A stretch of 33,560 nucleotides of DNA from Patescibacteria group bacterium (GCA_018813625.1 JAHJBA010000057.1:1-33560); one strand, 5' to 3'; positions 1 to 9,641 are shown, counted from the stretch's first letter. Translations and numbers: made by a program. The notes: a model not told the origin generated them from the letters alone.

Positions 1-333
1 CAAGCAGGATATTCGAACGCAACCGGCTCGGGGAATGTCTTTCTTGGGAGTCAGGCAGGATATTATGAAACAGGTTCTAATAAATTATTTATAGATAATC
101 AAGATAGAACAGACGAAGCTACTGCCAGAACTAATTCTTTGATTTATGGAATCTTTGATGCTACTCCAGCTAACCAAAAACTTACAATAAATGGTATGTT
201 AAATGTTTCCGTTTTACCTGCTTATGATGATGATGCTGGTGCTGGTGGTGGCGGATTAACAACTGGAGATTTTTATCAAACTACTGGATTAGGAGCGATA
301 GCAACGGCCGGAGTTGTAATGGTAAAACAATAA
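1..333 (+). CDS. 3' end of a repeat-rich surface/adhesin-like protein (partial; YadA-head/beta-helix-like repeats)
   Basis: Frame 1 is open from base 1: QAGYSNATGSGNVFLGSQAGYYETGSNKLFIDN..., with NxxxGxxAG-type repeats; stop at 331-333. Confidence 0.65.
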   Translation, partial: QAGYSNATGSGNVFLGSQAGYYETGSNKLFIDNQDRTDEATARTNSLIYGIFDATPANQKLTINGMLNVSVLPAYDDDAGAGGGGLTTGDFYQTTGLGAIATAGVVMVKQ

Positions 334-354
334 CTTTTTAAGTTTTCTAAAAAT

Positions 355-383
355 TTGCAATTTTCTCAAGCTTATAGTAAATT
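355..383 (+). promoter_or_regulatory. sigma70-type promoter of rpsL
   Basis: TTGCAA(355)-17 nt-TAAATT(378); GTG start 7 nt downstream. Confidence 0.6.
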
Positions 384-390
384 ATAAGTC

Positions 391-813
391 GTGCCTACGA
401 TTAACCAATTAGTTAAAAAGAATAGAAAAACAACCCGCAAGAAGTCAAAGGCGGTTGCTTTGGCTCGTGGTTTTAATGTTTTAAAAAATAAACCAGTACA
501 TTTTCCTGCGCCATTCAAGCGTGGAGTGTGCACAAAAGTTACTACAACTACTCCAAAGAAGCCCAATTCTGCTCTTCGAAAGATTGCGAGAGTGCGTTTG
601 ACTAATGGCATGGAAGTGACAGCCTATATTCCAGGAGAAGGACATAACTTACAGGAACACTCAGTTGTTATGCTTCGTGGAGGACGCGTGAAAGATTTAA
701 TCGGAGTAAGATATCATATTGTTCGCGGAGTTTTGGATACGCAAGGAGTTGAAAAGCGTAGACAAGGCAGATCACTTTATGGAAACAAGAAACCAAAGAC
801 TGATAAAAAATAA
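391..813 (+). CDS. rpsL: 30S ribosomal protein uS12
   Basis: [19 protein letters not shown] and [10 protein letters not shown] motifs. Confidence 0.99.
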   Translation: MPTINQLVKKNRKTTRKKSKAVALARGFNVLKNKPVHFPAPFKRGVCTKVTTTTPKKPNSALRKIARVRLTNGMEVTAYIPGEGHNLQEHSVVMLRGGRVKDLIGVRYHIVRGVLDTQGVEKRRQGRSLYGNKKPKTDKK

Positions 814-824
814 TTTTAAATAAT

Positions 825-1295
825 ATGCGAAGAAAAGTAAAAAACAGAAATATAGTTGAACCAGATTTTATGTACAACTCTCAAAAGTTGGAGAAATTTA
901 TTAATTACATTATGTGGTCTGGAAAAAAAGAAACCTCCAGAAAAATAATGTATCAAGCTTTTGATGTGATAAAGGAAAAAACAGGCAACCCAAATCCGCT
1001 TGAGATTTTTGATTTGGCTATGAAAAATGCTGGACCATTAACTGAGGTTAGGTCAAAAAGAATTGGGGGAGCAAACTATCAGGTGCCTCGCGAAGTTCGA
1101 CCAGAGAGAAGACTTGCTTTGGCTATGCGCTGGATCAGGGATGCGGCTCGTGCCAAAAAAGGACAACCGATGCATTTAAAGCTTGCTGAAGAATTAATTT
1201 TAGCTTCAAAGAACGAAGGTGCAGCCATTAAGAAGAAAGAAGATACGCACAAAATGGCTGAAGCGAACAAGGCATTTGCTCATTTCGCTTGGTAA
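825..1295 (+). CDS. rpsG: 30S ribosomal protein uS7
   Basis: RIGGANYQVP, HKMAEANKAFAHF. Confidence 0.99.
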   Translation: MRRKVKNRNIVEPDFMYNSQKLEKFINYIMWSGKKETSRKIMYQAFDVIKEKTGNPNPLEIFDLAMKNAGPLTEVRSKRIGGANYQVPREVRPERRLALAMRWIRDAARAKKGQPMHLKLAEELILASKNEGAAIKKKEDTHKMAEANKAFAHFAW

Positions 1296-1346
1296 TTTTT
1301 ACTTTGTAAAAATTATCCTGAGCTAGTCGAAGGATATAAAGTTTTC

Positions 1347-1371
1347 AAGATCCCTGAAAAGGGATTTTTTG
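1347..1371 (+). terminator. intrinsic terminator after rpsG
   Basis: ATCCCT-GAAA-AGGGAT followed by a T-tract, running into TTGACA at 1372. Confidence 0.75.
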
Positions 1372-1438
1372 TTGACATGGGAATGTGAAAAGTATATAAA
1401 TAAAGTAGAGAAAATAGTACAAAACTAAATTTGTTGCC

Positions 1439-1780
1439 ATGGAAGAAAAAATGAGAGATGTAGAAACCATTGCTGAAGAACTGAGGCAGATGAATGGAGA
1501 CATTGGACTTGTTTCTAGGAAAATTGAGCTTTGCTTTGAATTGATGACATCTTATTGTCAGAAAAAAAAGGGAAAAAGGTTTTGGTTTCTTTCATGGGGA
1601 TATTTTATAGAAAGGAGCCATTGCGTTTATGCTGCCAAGGTTTTGGGCAATATGCAACACAAAGACTTGGCTCTTGGAAAAAGAGCTTTAAAGTTCACGG
1701 AGGAATTTGAAAAAGAACTTCCTTCAAAGGTCACAAAGAACTTATTCTTTGTAGCTCACAAAATGAACAAGCCAAACTAA
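1439..1780 (+). CDS. hypothetical protein (orphan inserted in the str operon)
   Basis: 113-aa ORF with its own TTGACA(1372)-17-TATAAA promoter and a downstream terminator. Confidence 0.7.
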   Translation: MEEKMRDVETIAEELRQMNGDIGLVSRKIELCFELMTSYCQKKKGKRFWFLSWGYFIERSHCVYAAKVLGNMQHKDLALGKRALKFTEEFEKELPSKVTKNLFFVAHKMNKPN

Positions 1781-1802
1781 ACCGCCCTTGAGCGGTTTTT
1801 TT
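1779..1802 (+). terminator. intrinsic terminator
   Basis: AAACCGC-CCTTGA-GCGGTTT followed by a T-tract. Confidence 0.75.
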
Positions 1803-1807
1803 ATTTG

Positions 1808-1872
1808 TCCAGATAGCAGGTTTAATAAAGTTTAAAGGTGCGCTTTGCGCATTATTAAAATTCACTACGGGG
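1808..1872 (+). mobile_element. family C hairpin insert, copy C1 (degenerate), at the fusA -35 box
   Basis: Right arm AAAATTCACTACGGGG and core AAGGTGCGCTTTGCGC match C2; flanked by TTTG/TTTG; followed by TTGCAA-17-TATAGT. Confidence 0.65.
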
Positions 1873-1956
1873 TTTGCAAAAAAAAAGTTTATGTTATATA
1901 GTCTTCATAGCGCACTAGGCGCTTTTTATCATTAAATTTGTTTTTAGATATTTTAT

Positions 1957-4104
1957 ATGGAAAGAGATTATCCGTTAGAAAAAGTTAGGAACATTGGAAT
2001 TATCGCACACATTGATGCGGGCAAAACAACGACTACTGAGCGTGTTTTGTTTTATACTGGAGTTTCACACAAAATAGGTGAAGTGCATGAGGGCGAAACT
2101 GTCACCGATTGGATGGAACAAGAAAGAGAAAGAGGAATTACTATTACCTCTGCTGCAGTTACCTGCTTCTGGACTCCGACTTATGCCAATAATGACAAAA
2201 GCAAGAAACATCGTTTTAATATTATTGACACGCCGGGGCATATTGATTTTACCGTAGAAGTAAAAAGATCTCTTCGCGTGCTTGATGGCGCTGTTGTAGT
2301 TTTTGATGGAGTAGCAGGAGTAGAACCTCAATCTGAAACAAATTGGCGTTATGCTGATGAAGCGAAGGTCCCACGTATTTGTTTTATAAATAAATTGGAT
2401 AGAACAGGTGCTTCCTTTGAACGTTCTTATGCAACGATTTTAGATCGTCTTACTAAAAAAGCTGTTCGAATGCAGATACCTATTGGTCTTGAAGAAAAAC
2501 ATGAAGGTGTTGTGGATCTTTTAAAAATGAAGGCCTATTACTTTGAAGGAGAGATGGGCAATCAGGTTATTGAAAAGGAAATTCCAGAAGAAATGAAGGC
2601 AGATGCTGAAAAGTATCGCAATGAATTAATAGAAAAAATTGTGGAACAGGACGATGCAGTCATGAATGATTATTTTGAAGGCAAAATTCCGGAGATTGAT
2701 GTTTTGAAAAAACTTTTGAGACAGGGAGTTATTGCTAATGAAATCTTTCCAGTCTATGCTGGTTCTGCTTTGAAAAATAAAGGTGTTCAATTGGTGCTTG
2801 ACGGAGTAGTCGACTATCTTCCTTCTCCGCTTGATATTCCACCAATGGAAGGAATCGATCCAAATAATGAAGAACATGTAGAAAGAAAAGCCTCAGATTC
2901 TGAACCATTTGCCGCTCTCGCCTTTAAGGTTGCGACTGATCCATTTGTGGGCCAGCTCATTTTCTTTAGAGTTTATTCCGGAACACTTGCTTCTGGGTCT
3001 TATGTTTATAATCCAAGGACTAGAAACAAAGAACGTATTGGTAGAATTTTACGCATGCACGCAAACGATAGAGAAGAGGTGAAGAAAGTTTTTGCTGGGG
3101 AAATTGCCGCTGCGGTTGGGCTTAAAGATACTATTACCTCGGACACAATTTGTGACGAAGAACATCCGATTGAATTGGATAGAATTATTTTTCCAGAACC
3201 AGTTATTTCTCTTCGCATAGAACCAAAAACCAAAGCTGATCAAGAAAAAATGGGCATGGCATTAAATAGGCTTGCTCAAGAAGATCCGACTTTTAAAGTT
3301 AGCACAGACCAAGAAACAGGAGAGACAATTATTTCTGGTATGGGAGAACTTCACTTAGAAATTATTGTTGATCGCATGAAAAGAGAATTTAGCGTTGAGG
3401 CAAATGTGGGCAAGCCACAAGTTGCTTATCGCGAAACGATTACTGGAAATTCAGAAGCAGAAGGTAAGTATATCAAGCAGTCTGGCGGGCGTGGTAATTA
3501 CGGCCATGTGAAGATAAAGGTAAAACCAATGACCATTCTCACAAAAGAAGAGATAGAAGATTTGCCTAAAAACACAAAGCGCTCGGGTGGATTCGAGTTC
3601 ATAAACAACATCAAAGGGGGGGTTATTCCACAAGAATATATTCCTGCTTGTGAGAAGGGATTTAGGGAAGGTCTTGATCGTGGAGTTTTGGCAGGATTCA
3701 AAATGGTAAATGTTTCAGTTGATCTTTGGGATGGAAGTTACCATGAAGTAGACTCAAACGAAATGGCTTTTAAAATTGCAGCTTCTATGGCAATTCAAGA
3801 TGCTTGTAAAAGAGCGAATCCAGTTATTTTAGAACCAATGATGAAGGTTGAAGTTGTCACTCCGGATAAGTTCATGGGAGATGTTACAGGTAATCTTTCA
3901 TCAAAACGTGGAATTATTGAAGGAATGGAAGAGCGCGGAATGAATAAAGTTATTAAAGCCATTGTGCCATTATCTGAAATGTTTGGTTACATGACTGGTC
4001 TTCGTTCCATGACTGAAGGAAGAGCATCATTCACTATGGAATTCATTCGTTACGATATTGTGCCAAACAATGTGGCAGAAACCATCATTGCTGCACGAAA
4101 GTAG
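1957..4104 (+). CDS. fusA: elongation factor G
   Basis: [20 protein letters not shown] and NKLD motifs; 715 aa. Confidence 0.99.
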   Translation: MERDYPLEKVRNIGIIAHIDAGKTTTTERVLFYTGVSHKIGEVHEGETVTDWMEQERERGITITSAAVTCFWTPTYANNDKSKKHRFNIIDTPGHIDFTVEVKRSLRVLDGAVVVFDGVAGVEPQSETNWRYADEAKVPRICFINKLDRTGASFERSYATILDRLTKKAVRMQIPIGLEEKHEGVVDLLKMKAYYFEGEMGNQVIEKEIPEEMKADAEKYRNELIEKIVEQDDAVMNDYFEGKIPEIDVLKKLLRQGVIANEIFPVYAGSALKNKGVQLVLDGVVDYLPSPLDIPPMEGIDPNNEEHVERKASDSEPFAALAFKVATDPFVGQLIFFRVYSGTLASGSYVYNPRTRNKERIGRILRMHANDREEVKKVFAGEIAAAVGLKDTITSDTICDEEHPIELDRIIFPEPVISLRIEPKTKADQEKMGMALNRLAQEDPTFKVSTDQETGETIISGMGELHLEIIVDRMKREFSVEANVGKPQVAYRETITGNSEAEGKYIKQSGGRGNYGHVKIKVKPMTILTKEEIEDLPKNTKRSGGFEFINNIKGGVIPQEYIPACEKGFREGLDRGVLAGFKMVNVSVDLWDGSYHEVDSNEMAFKIAASMAIQDACKRANPVILEPMMKVEVVTPDKFMGDVTGNLSSKRGIIEGMEERGMNKVIKAIVPLSEMFGYMTGLRSMTEGRASFTMEFIRYDIVPNNVAETIIAARK

Positions 4105-4176
4105 ATCTCAATTTTATTTTATATTTGACAGACCTGCTTTTAAAATATAAGCTGAATTTAAACTTGAACAAAAAAT

Positions 4177-4419
4177 ATGGAAAAGATGGAAAATAAAGAA
4201 AATTTCTTTATCGACCAAAGTAAAATAAATGAAGAGGAAAAATATGTAAGCGTGCCCGTTAATTACCCTGAATATTATGATAGAGATGATGTAGTATGGT
4301 TTTGGAATAAGGTTGAGGATGAATTGAAGAAAAAATATCCAGATATTAATTTTTCAGGAATATCAGAGGGAAAATCTGGGGAAGATGGGAAAGAAGAATT
4401 TTTGTTTTACTTTGAATAA
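4177..4419 (+). CDS. small acidic hypothetical protein (orphan between fusA and tuf)
   Basis: 80-aa ORF with TTGACA(4125)-17-TAAGCT promoter and a hairpin plus T-tract at 4418-4452. Confidence 0.65.
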   Translation: MEKMENKENFFIDQSKINEEEKYVSVPVNYPEYYDRDDVVWFWNKVEDELKKKYPDINFSGISEGKSGEDGKEEFLFYFE

Positions 4420-4458
4420 AGCCTTTTGTTTTGACAACACGAGGCTTTTTTTATTTGA

Positions 4459-4524
4459 TCCCGTAGTAGATTTTGATGATGCCCTTAAGGCGCGCTTTGC
4501 GCTTCATCAAAATTCACTACCGGA
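4459..4524 (+). mobile_element. family C hairpin insert, copy C2, at the tuf -35 box
   Basis: TCCCGTAGTAGATTTTGATGA...TCATCAAAATTCACTACCGGA; TTGA at 4455-4458 and 4525-4528; TTGACA-16-TATTAT follows. Confidence 0.8.
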
Positions 4525-4628
4525 TTGACATTGTTTTCTAATTTGCTATTATCTTAGGTAACTGCACTTTCGGCAGTTTTTCTATTGCTAATTTATTAAT
4601 TTTAGTAATATTAAATTATTAACAATAA

Positions 4629-4669
4629 TCCCGACGTAAAATCGGGACTCCGATCTAAAGGGTCGGAGT
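4629..4669. repeat. tandem GC-rich hairpins in the tuf leader
   Basis: TCCCGA-CGTAAAA-TCGGGA immediately followed by CTCCGA-TCTAAAGGG-TCGGAG, in AT-rich DNA. Confidence 0.55.
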
Positions 4670-4741
4670 TTAGTTAAATTAGTAATTAAGCCTTAGCGAC
4701 TGGTTCTCGTACGTTAAGTTTTAATTATTAAAAATAAAAAT

Positions 4742-5935
4742 ATGGCAGAAGAATTTAAAAGAGATAAGCCACACGTAAACGTTGGCACCATCGGTCACGT
4801 TGACCATGGAAAGACTACATTAACAGCTGCAATTTTGCATGTTCTTAATTTGGCTGGGAATCAGGTAAGGCTTCGCGATGTTAATCAGATTGACAATGCT
4901 CCTGAAGAAAAGGCTCGTGGAATTACTATAAATATTTCACACAACGAGTATGAGACTGCGACTCGTCACTATGCTCACATCGATGCTCCAGGACACGCTG
5001 ACTATATTAAAAACATGATTACCGGTGCCGCTCAAATGGACGGTGCTATTTTAGTGGTTGCCGCAACGGACGGAGCTATGCCTCAGACACGCGAACACGT
5101 TCTCCTTGCAAAACAGGTTGGTGTTCCAAAAATAATCGTATTTCTAAACAAGTGCGATATGGTTGACGATAAGGAAATGATTGATATGGTTGAAGAAGAA
5201 ATTCGTGAACTTCTAACCAAGCAAGGATTTGATGGCGCAAATGCTCCTGTTATAAAGGGATCAGCGCTTAAGGGTCTTGAAGCAAAGGATGTTAACGACG
5301 AATGGGCAAAGAAAATTCTTGAACTTACAAATGCTTTAGATACATACATTCCAGTTCCAGAGAGAGATACATCTAAGCCTTTTTTGATGCCGGTTGAGGA
5401 TATTTTCTCAATTGAAGGCCGTGGCACAGTTGTAACCGGAAAAATCGAAAGAGGTATTGTAAAAGTTGGAGAAGAAATCGAAATTATCGGCATAAAGCCA
5501 ACTCAGAAGTCGGTAGTGACTGGTATTGAAATGTTCAACAAAAACTTACAAGAAGGTATGGCAGGAGACAATGCTGGTATTCTTCTTCGTGGACTAAAGA
5601 AAGAAGATATTACTCGTGGGCAAGTTCTTGCAAAGCCAGGAACAGTTACACCACATGATAATTTTACCTGTGAAGTTTATGTTTTGAAAAAAGAGGAAGG
5701 TGGGCGTCACACCCCATTCTTTAAGGGTTACAAGCCTCAATTCTATATCAGGACTACTGATGTTACGGGCGACGTTACTCTTGCAGATGGTGTAGAAATG
5801 GTTATGCCAGGAGATACGGCAAAACTTACCGTTAAGTTGGTTACTCCGGTTGCCCTTGAGGAATCGCAAAAATTTGCTATCCGCGAGGGAGGTAAGACCG
5901 TCGGGGCAGGAGTCGTTGTGAAGATTCTTGCTTAA
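4742..5935 (+). CDS. tuf: elongation factor Tu
   Basis: [28 protein letters not shown]. Confidence 0.99.
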   Translation: MAEEFKRDKPHVNVGTIGHVDHGKTTLTAAILHVLNLAGNQVRLRDVNQIDNAPEEKARGITINISHNEYETATRHYAHIDAPGHADYIKNMITGAAQMDGAILVVAATDGAMPQTREHVLLAKQVGVPKIIVFLNKCDMVDDKEMIDMVEEEIRELLTKQGFDGANAPVIKGSALKGLEAKDVNDEWAKKILELTNALDTYIPVPERDTSKPFLMPVEDIFSIEGRGTVVTGKIERGIVKVGEEIEIIGIKPTQKSVVTGIEMFNKNLQEGMAGDNAGILLRGLKKEDITRGQVLAKPGTVTPHDNFTCEVYVLKKEEGGRHTPFFKGYKPQFYIRTTDVTGDVTLADGVEMVMPGDTAKLTVKLVTPVALEESQKFAIREGGKTVGAGVVVKILA

Positions 5936-5963
5936 TAAAATTAAAAACGCAATTTATTAGTTC

Positions 5964-6407
5964 ATGACAACATCAGAAACAAAAGTAAAAAAGCCGAAAG
6001 CGGTAAAAGCGACAAAAGCAACGAAGACAGTTAAAGCAGTCGCTAAAACGACCACTAAGGATTCCAAAGAGCCGAAAACAAAAAAGAAAAAAGAGGATGG
6101 GAAAGTGGTACTTCGCATCAGAGTTCGTGCCTACGAGAGCAAGATACTAGATGCGTCAGTCAAACAAATTATAGATACCGCAATGCGTTACGATGCCACT
6201 GTCGTTGGGCCGGTTCCTTTGCCAACGGAGATTAAGAAATATACGGTTAATCGTGCTTCTTTTATCTACAAAAATACACGAGAACAATTTGAAATAAGAG
6301 TACATAAAAGATTAATTGATATTATTAACCCGTCAGCAAAAACAGTTGAAGCGCTTACTAACCTTTCGCTTCCTTCGGGAGTTGATATTGACGTGAAGAT
6401 GCTGTAA
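5964..6407 (+). CDS. rpsJ: 30S ribosomal protein uS10 with a Lys/Thr-rich N-terminal extension
   Basis: GPVPLPT, REQFEIRVHKRLIDI, LPSGVDI. Confidence 0.97.
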   Translation: MTTSETKVKKPKAVKATKATKTVKAVAKTTTKDSKEPKTKKKKEDGKVVLRIRVRAYESKILDASVKQIIDTAMRYDATVVGPVPLPTEIKKYTVNRASFIYKNTREQFEIRVHKRLIDIINPSAKTVEALTNLSLPSGVDIDVKML

Positions 6408-6419
6408 GAAGGAAATGAA

Positions 6420-6539
6420 TCCCGTTAGAAGCCGCGATCGCAATTTAAAAATAGATAAAAATATGAAATCAAATATAGAAAAAATTAATAACATAAAACA
6501 TCAGATATGCGAGTTGATCGCGATCTGCTTCTAAACAGG
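6420..6539 (+). mobile_element. family A start-codon insert, copy A1 (rplC)
   Basis: ATGAA(6415)-TCCCGTTAGAAGC...GCTTCTAAACAGG-ATGAA(6540). Confidence 0.8.
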
Positions 6540-7154
6540 ATGAAATTTATTCTTGGAACAAAAGAAAATATGATTGAGTATTTTTCTGAAGACGGTACAG
6601 TCATACCTGTAACGGCTGTTTTGGCTGGTCCAGTGACCGTGACCAGGGTGTTTGAAAAATCCAAGGATGGATATAATGCGGTGCAGGTTGGTTTTGGTGT
6701 TCAAAAAAAACACAGAATAAGCAAAGCAAGTATAGGCCAAATGAAAGGTGGTTTTTACAAAAATCTTAAGGAATTCAGACTAAAGCCCACCGATTCAACC
6801 GATTTCAAAGAAGGTGACATAATTGATGTCTCGGCTTTTTCCATTGGCGATAAATTGATAATTTCTGGTACTTCAAAAGGAAAAGGTTTTCAGGGAGTCG
6901 TTAAGCGACATGGCTTTGGTGGTGGTCCTAGAACGCACGGGCAGAAACATTCAGAAAGAGAACCTGGATCGATTGGTGGGGGACTAAGAACCCATGTTCC
7001 TAAAGGGATGAGGATGGCAGGTAGAATGGGACAGGATCGTATCACTCAGAAAAATTTGAAGGTTATTTTCACAGACAAGGAAAATAACATTATGTTAATT
7101 AAGGGTGCAGTACCTGGCAGGCGTGGCAGTTTGGTTGAAATAATAAGTAGATAG
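6540..7154 (+). CDS. rplC: 50S ribosomal protein uL3
   Basis: MKFILGTK start, DGYNAVQVG, SKGKGFQGVVKRH, GMRMAGRMG. Confidence 0.97.
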   Translation: MKFILGTKENMIEYFSEDGTVIPVTAVLAGPVTVTRVFEKSKDGYNAVQVGFGVQKKHRISKASIGQMKGGFYKNLKEFRLKPTDSTDFKEGDIIDVSAFSIGDKLIISGTSKGKGFQGVVKRHGFGGGPRTHGQKHSEREPGSIGGGLRTHVPKGMRMAGRMGQDRITQKNLKVIFTDKENNIMLIKGAVPGRRGSLVEIISR

Positions 7155-7156
7155 AT

Positions 7157-7939
7157 ATGGATCCCGTTAGAAGTCGCGATCGCGATTATAATGGAAATAA
7201 AAACATGAAAGAAGATAATAAAACACAAAAAAATATTGAAACTTCCGAAAATACCAGATCGCGACCTACTTCTAACGGGATGGAAGCAAAAATTTACAAT
7301 CAAAAAGGAATTGAAAAAGGAAAAATAATTCTTTCAGAGAAGGTTTTTGGTGCTAAGTGGCGAGCTGATTTGGTTCATCAGGTCGTAGAAGGCATGCGTT
7401 CTAATAAAAGAGCTGGTACAGCGGATACAAAAGGTAGAGGGGAGGTTTCTGGAGGAGGAAAGAAGCCTTGGAAACAAAAAGGAACAGGACGTGCTCGTCA
7501 TGGATCCACACGAAGCCCTATTTGGGTTGGAGGGGGTGTTACCCATGGGCCTCTTGCAGAAAAGAACTATAAAAGGAAGATTTCGAAGACAATGCGTGCA
7601 CAAGCTTTATTTTCAGTTTTGTCAAAAAAATTAAAAGACGAGGAGATACTCTTTGTTGATTCTTTATCCTTGCCCGGAATTAAGACAAAAGACGCCGTGG
7701 AAGTAATGAAAAATTTAGCTAAGGCCTCAGGATTTAAAATGATCGCTGAATCAAAAAAACCTAAAGCTCTTGTGGCTCTCTATGAGAGAAACGAGAAAGC
7801 AGAAAAAAGTTTTAGAAATTTATCTCAACTTGAAATGGTTTTTTTAAAAAACTTAAACCCCGTAGATGTTTTGAATCATAGATATCTTTTGATAGAAAAT
7901 CCAGAAGAAAGTGTTAAGTTTTTAGAAAGTCGAGGTTAA
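7157..7939 (+). CDS. rplD: 50S ribosomal protein uL4 (native start probably 7280; the first 41 codons derive from insert A2)
   Basis: KPWKQKGTGRARHGS and GGGVTHGP motifs. Confidence 0.97.
   Translation: MDPVRSRDRDYNGNKNMKEDNKTQKNIETSENTRSRPTSNGMEAKIYNQKGIEKGKIILSEKVFGAKWRADLVHQVVEGMRSNKRAGTADTKGRGEVSGGGKKPWKQKGTGRARHGSTRSPIWVGGGVTHGPLAEKNYKRKISKTMRAQALFSVLSKKLKDEEILFVDSLSLPGIKTKDAVEVMKNLAKASGFKMIAESKKPKALVALYERNEKAEKSFRNLSQLEMVFLKNLNPVDVLNHRYLLIENPEESVKFLESRG
7162..7279 (+). mobile_element. family A start-codon insert, copy A2 (rplD), in frame
   Basis: ATGGA(7157)-TCCCGTTAGAAGT...ACTTCTAACGGG-ATGGA(7280); ATGs 123 nt apart, no stop. Confidence 0.85.
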
Positions 7940-7944
7940 AAATA

Positions 7945-8016
7945 TACTTGTCCCGTGCTAAATTTTTGATTACGGGGCATAAAGATGAAGATTATTAATA
8001 AAATTTTAGTACTGGG
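7945..8016 (+). mobile_element. family B hairpin insert, copy B1, abutting the rplW ATG
   Basis: TACTTGTCCCGTGCTAAATTTTTGATTACGGGGCAT...AAAATTTTAGTACTGGG-ATG; near-identical to B2 and B4. Confidence 0.85.
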
Positions 8017-8292
8017 ATGATAACGATGAAAATAATTAAAAAACCAAGAGTTACCGAGAAGGCATCTTTCGTGGCAGAACAGAATGTTTACACTTTTGAT
8101 GTCCCAAAGTCTGCAAATAAAACGGAGATTAAAAAAGCAATTTTTGAACTTTATAAAGTAAAGCCAGTTAAAGTAAATATTTTAACAGTTCCATCAAAGA
8201 AGATTTTTGTTAGAGGAAAAGTTGGGACAAAGAGTGGTGGTAAAAAAGTTCTTGTTTATTTAAAAAAAGAAGATAAGATAGAAATTATTTAA
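8017..8292 (+). CDS. rplW: 50S ribosomal protein uL23
   Basis: PRVTEKA, ANKTEIKKAI; position in the S10 operon. Confidence 0.96.
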   Translation: MITMKIIKKPRVTEKASFVAEQNVYTFDVPKSANKTEIKKAIFELYKVKPVKVNILTVPSKKIFVRGKVGTKSGGKKVLVYLKKEDKIEII

Positions 8293-8308
8293 TCCTGTAC
8301 AAGAAAAT

Positions 8309-9157
8309 ATGAAAAAATATAAACCTACAACCAAATCAAGAAGACAAATGACGAATGTTAATTATCGTGGGGTTTTAACCAAAACTGAACCGGAAAAATC
8401 GTTGACCCATGGGTTTAGGCGTTCTGTTGGAAGAAATAGTCAAGGGCGCATTACAACTCGTCACAAAGGGTCAGGACACAAGCGTCTTTTCAGGGATATT
8501 GATTTTATGTATGACAAAAAGGAAATTCCGGCAAAAATAAAATCTATAGAATATGACCCGAACCGCTCAGCCTTTATTGGTCTTGCAGTTTATAAAGATG
8601 GTGAAAAAAGATATGTAATCTTACCTAAGTCTATAAAACCAGGAAGTTCATTTTTAGTTTCGGAAAAAGCGGAGCTTACTACTGGCAATAGATTACCTTT
8701 AAAAAATATTCCAGTTGGAACTTTTGTTTACAATGTAGAAATAAAGCCTCGTGGAGGTTCAAAAATAGGAAGATCAGCAGGAATTTTTGCACAAGTTGTA
8801 GCAAACGCAGAAGGGTACACAAATTTAAAAATGCCTTCAAGCGAGGTGCGTAAAGTTTCAGAAAATTGCTGGGCATGTATTGGTTCTGTTTCGAACGAAG
8901 AACATCATTTAGAGAACTATGGTAAGGCAGGTAGATCTCGCTGGAAGGGAATTCGACCGACTGTGCGAGGAACCGCCATGAATCCGGTTGATCATCCCTA
9001 TGGCGGAGGAGAAGGAAGACAGGGACGTGGAACAAAGAGGCCAAAAACAAAGTGGGGAAAGGTGACTGGCGGAAGAAAAACTAGAAAACCAAAGAAATAT
9101 TCAAATATATTTATTGTATCTCGCAGAAAAACAGGCAAATCCAGAAAAAGTCAATAA
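8309..9157 (+). CDS. rplB: 50S ribosomal protein uL2
   Basis: IEYDPNRSA, VRGTAMNPVDHPYGGGEG. Confidence 0.99.
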   Translation: MKKYKPTTKSRRQMTNVNYRGVLTKTEPEKSLTHGFRRSVGRNSQGRITTRHKGSGHKRLFRDIDFMYDKKEIPAKIKSIEYDPNRSAFIGLAVYKDGEKRYVILPKSIKPGSSFLVSEKAELTTGNRLPLKNIPVGTFVYNVEIKPRGGSKIGRSAGIFAQVVANAEGYTNLKMPSSEVRKVSENCWACIGSVSNEEHHLENYGKAGRSRWKGIRPTVRGTAMNPVDHPYGGGEGRQGRGTKRPKTKWGKVTGGRKTRKPKKYSNIFIVSRRKTGKSRKSQ

Positions 9158-9171
9158 AAACAAAAACTTTT

Positions 9172-9237
9172 TTAATACACAGGCGAGTCCTGTGTATTTT
9201 TGTTTTTGTTTGACTTTATTTTGTATTTTGCTATTAT
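9172..9237 (+). promoter_or_regulatory. terminator fused to an internal promoter, between rplB and rpsS
   Basis: AATACACAGG-CGAGT-CCTGTGTATT plus T-tract, then TTGACT(9210)-16-TATTAT(9232) with a TGn extension. Confidence 0.7.
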
Positions 9238-9276
9238 AAAACTTAGCTCGATTTCGGGCTTTATTTATTATAGTTT

Positions 9277-9618
9277 ATGACACGATCAATTAAAAAAGGT
9301 ATAAATTTGGATGAAAGGTTATTAAAAAAGATAGCTGGGAAAAATCCGCTTCAAACTCCAATGGTAAAAACATGGAATAGGGCGTGCCAGATAGCACCTG
9401 AAATGGTTGGCTTTACTTTCGGTGTCTATAATGGAAAAAGTCACATTGAAGTCTTGGTGTCAGAGGATATGGTTGGGCACAGACTAGGGGAGTTTTCTCC
9501 AACCAGAAAGTTTATAAAACATGGAGGAAAGATGCAGAAAGAGCTTGAGCAGAAGAAGAAAGAAGCCGAAATAGCTCAGGCCAAAGCTGCTACAGCGGCG
9601 GCAGCCGATAAAAAATAA
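9277..9618 (+). CDS. rpsS: 30S ribosomal protein uS19
   Basis: MTRSIKKG, MVGHRLGEFSPTR. Confidence 0.98.
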   Translation: MTRSIKKGINLDERLLKKIAGKNPLQTPMVKTWNRACQIAPEMVGFTFGVYNGKSHIEVLVSEDMVGHRLGEFSPTRKFIKHGGKMQKELEQKKKEAEIAQAKAATAAAADKK

Positions 9619-9641
9619 CCTGCCTGCCGGGCAGGTAGGTT
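9617..9641. repeat. short REP-like palindrome
   Basis: AACCTGCCTGCC-G-GGCAGGTAGGTT between rpsS and rplV. Confidence 0.6.

Noticed and set aside
6507..6539. ORF-track start for rplC (MRVDRDLLLNR)
   Set aside because: It lies inside insert A1; uL3 homology starts at 6540
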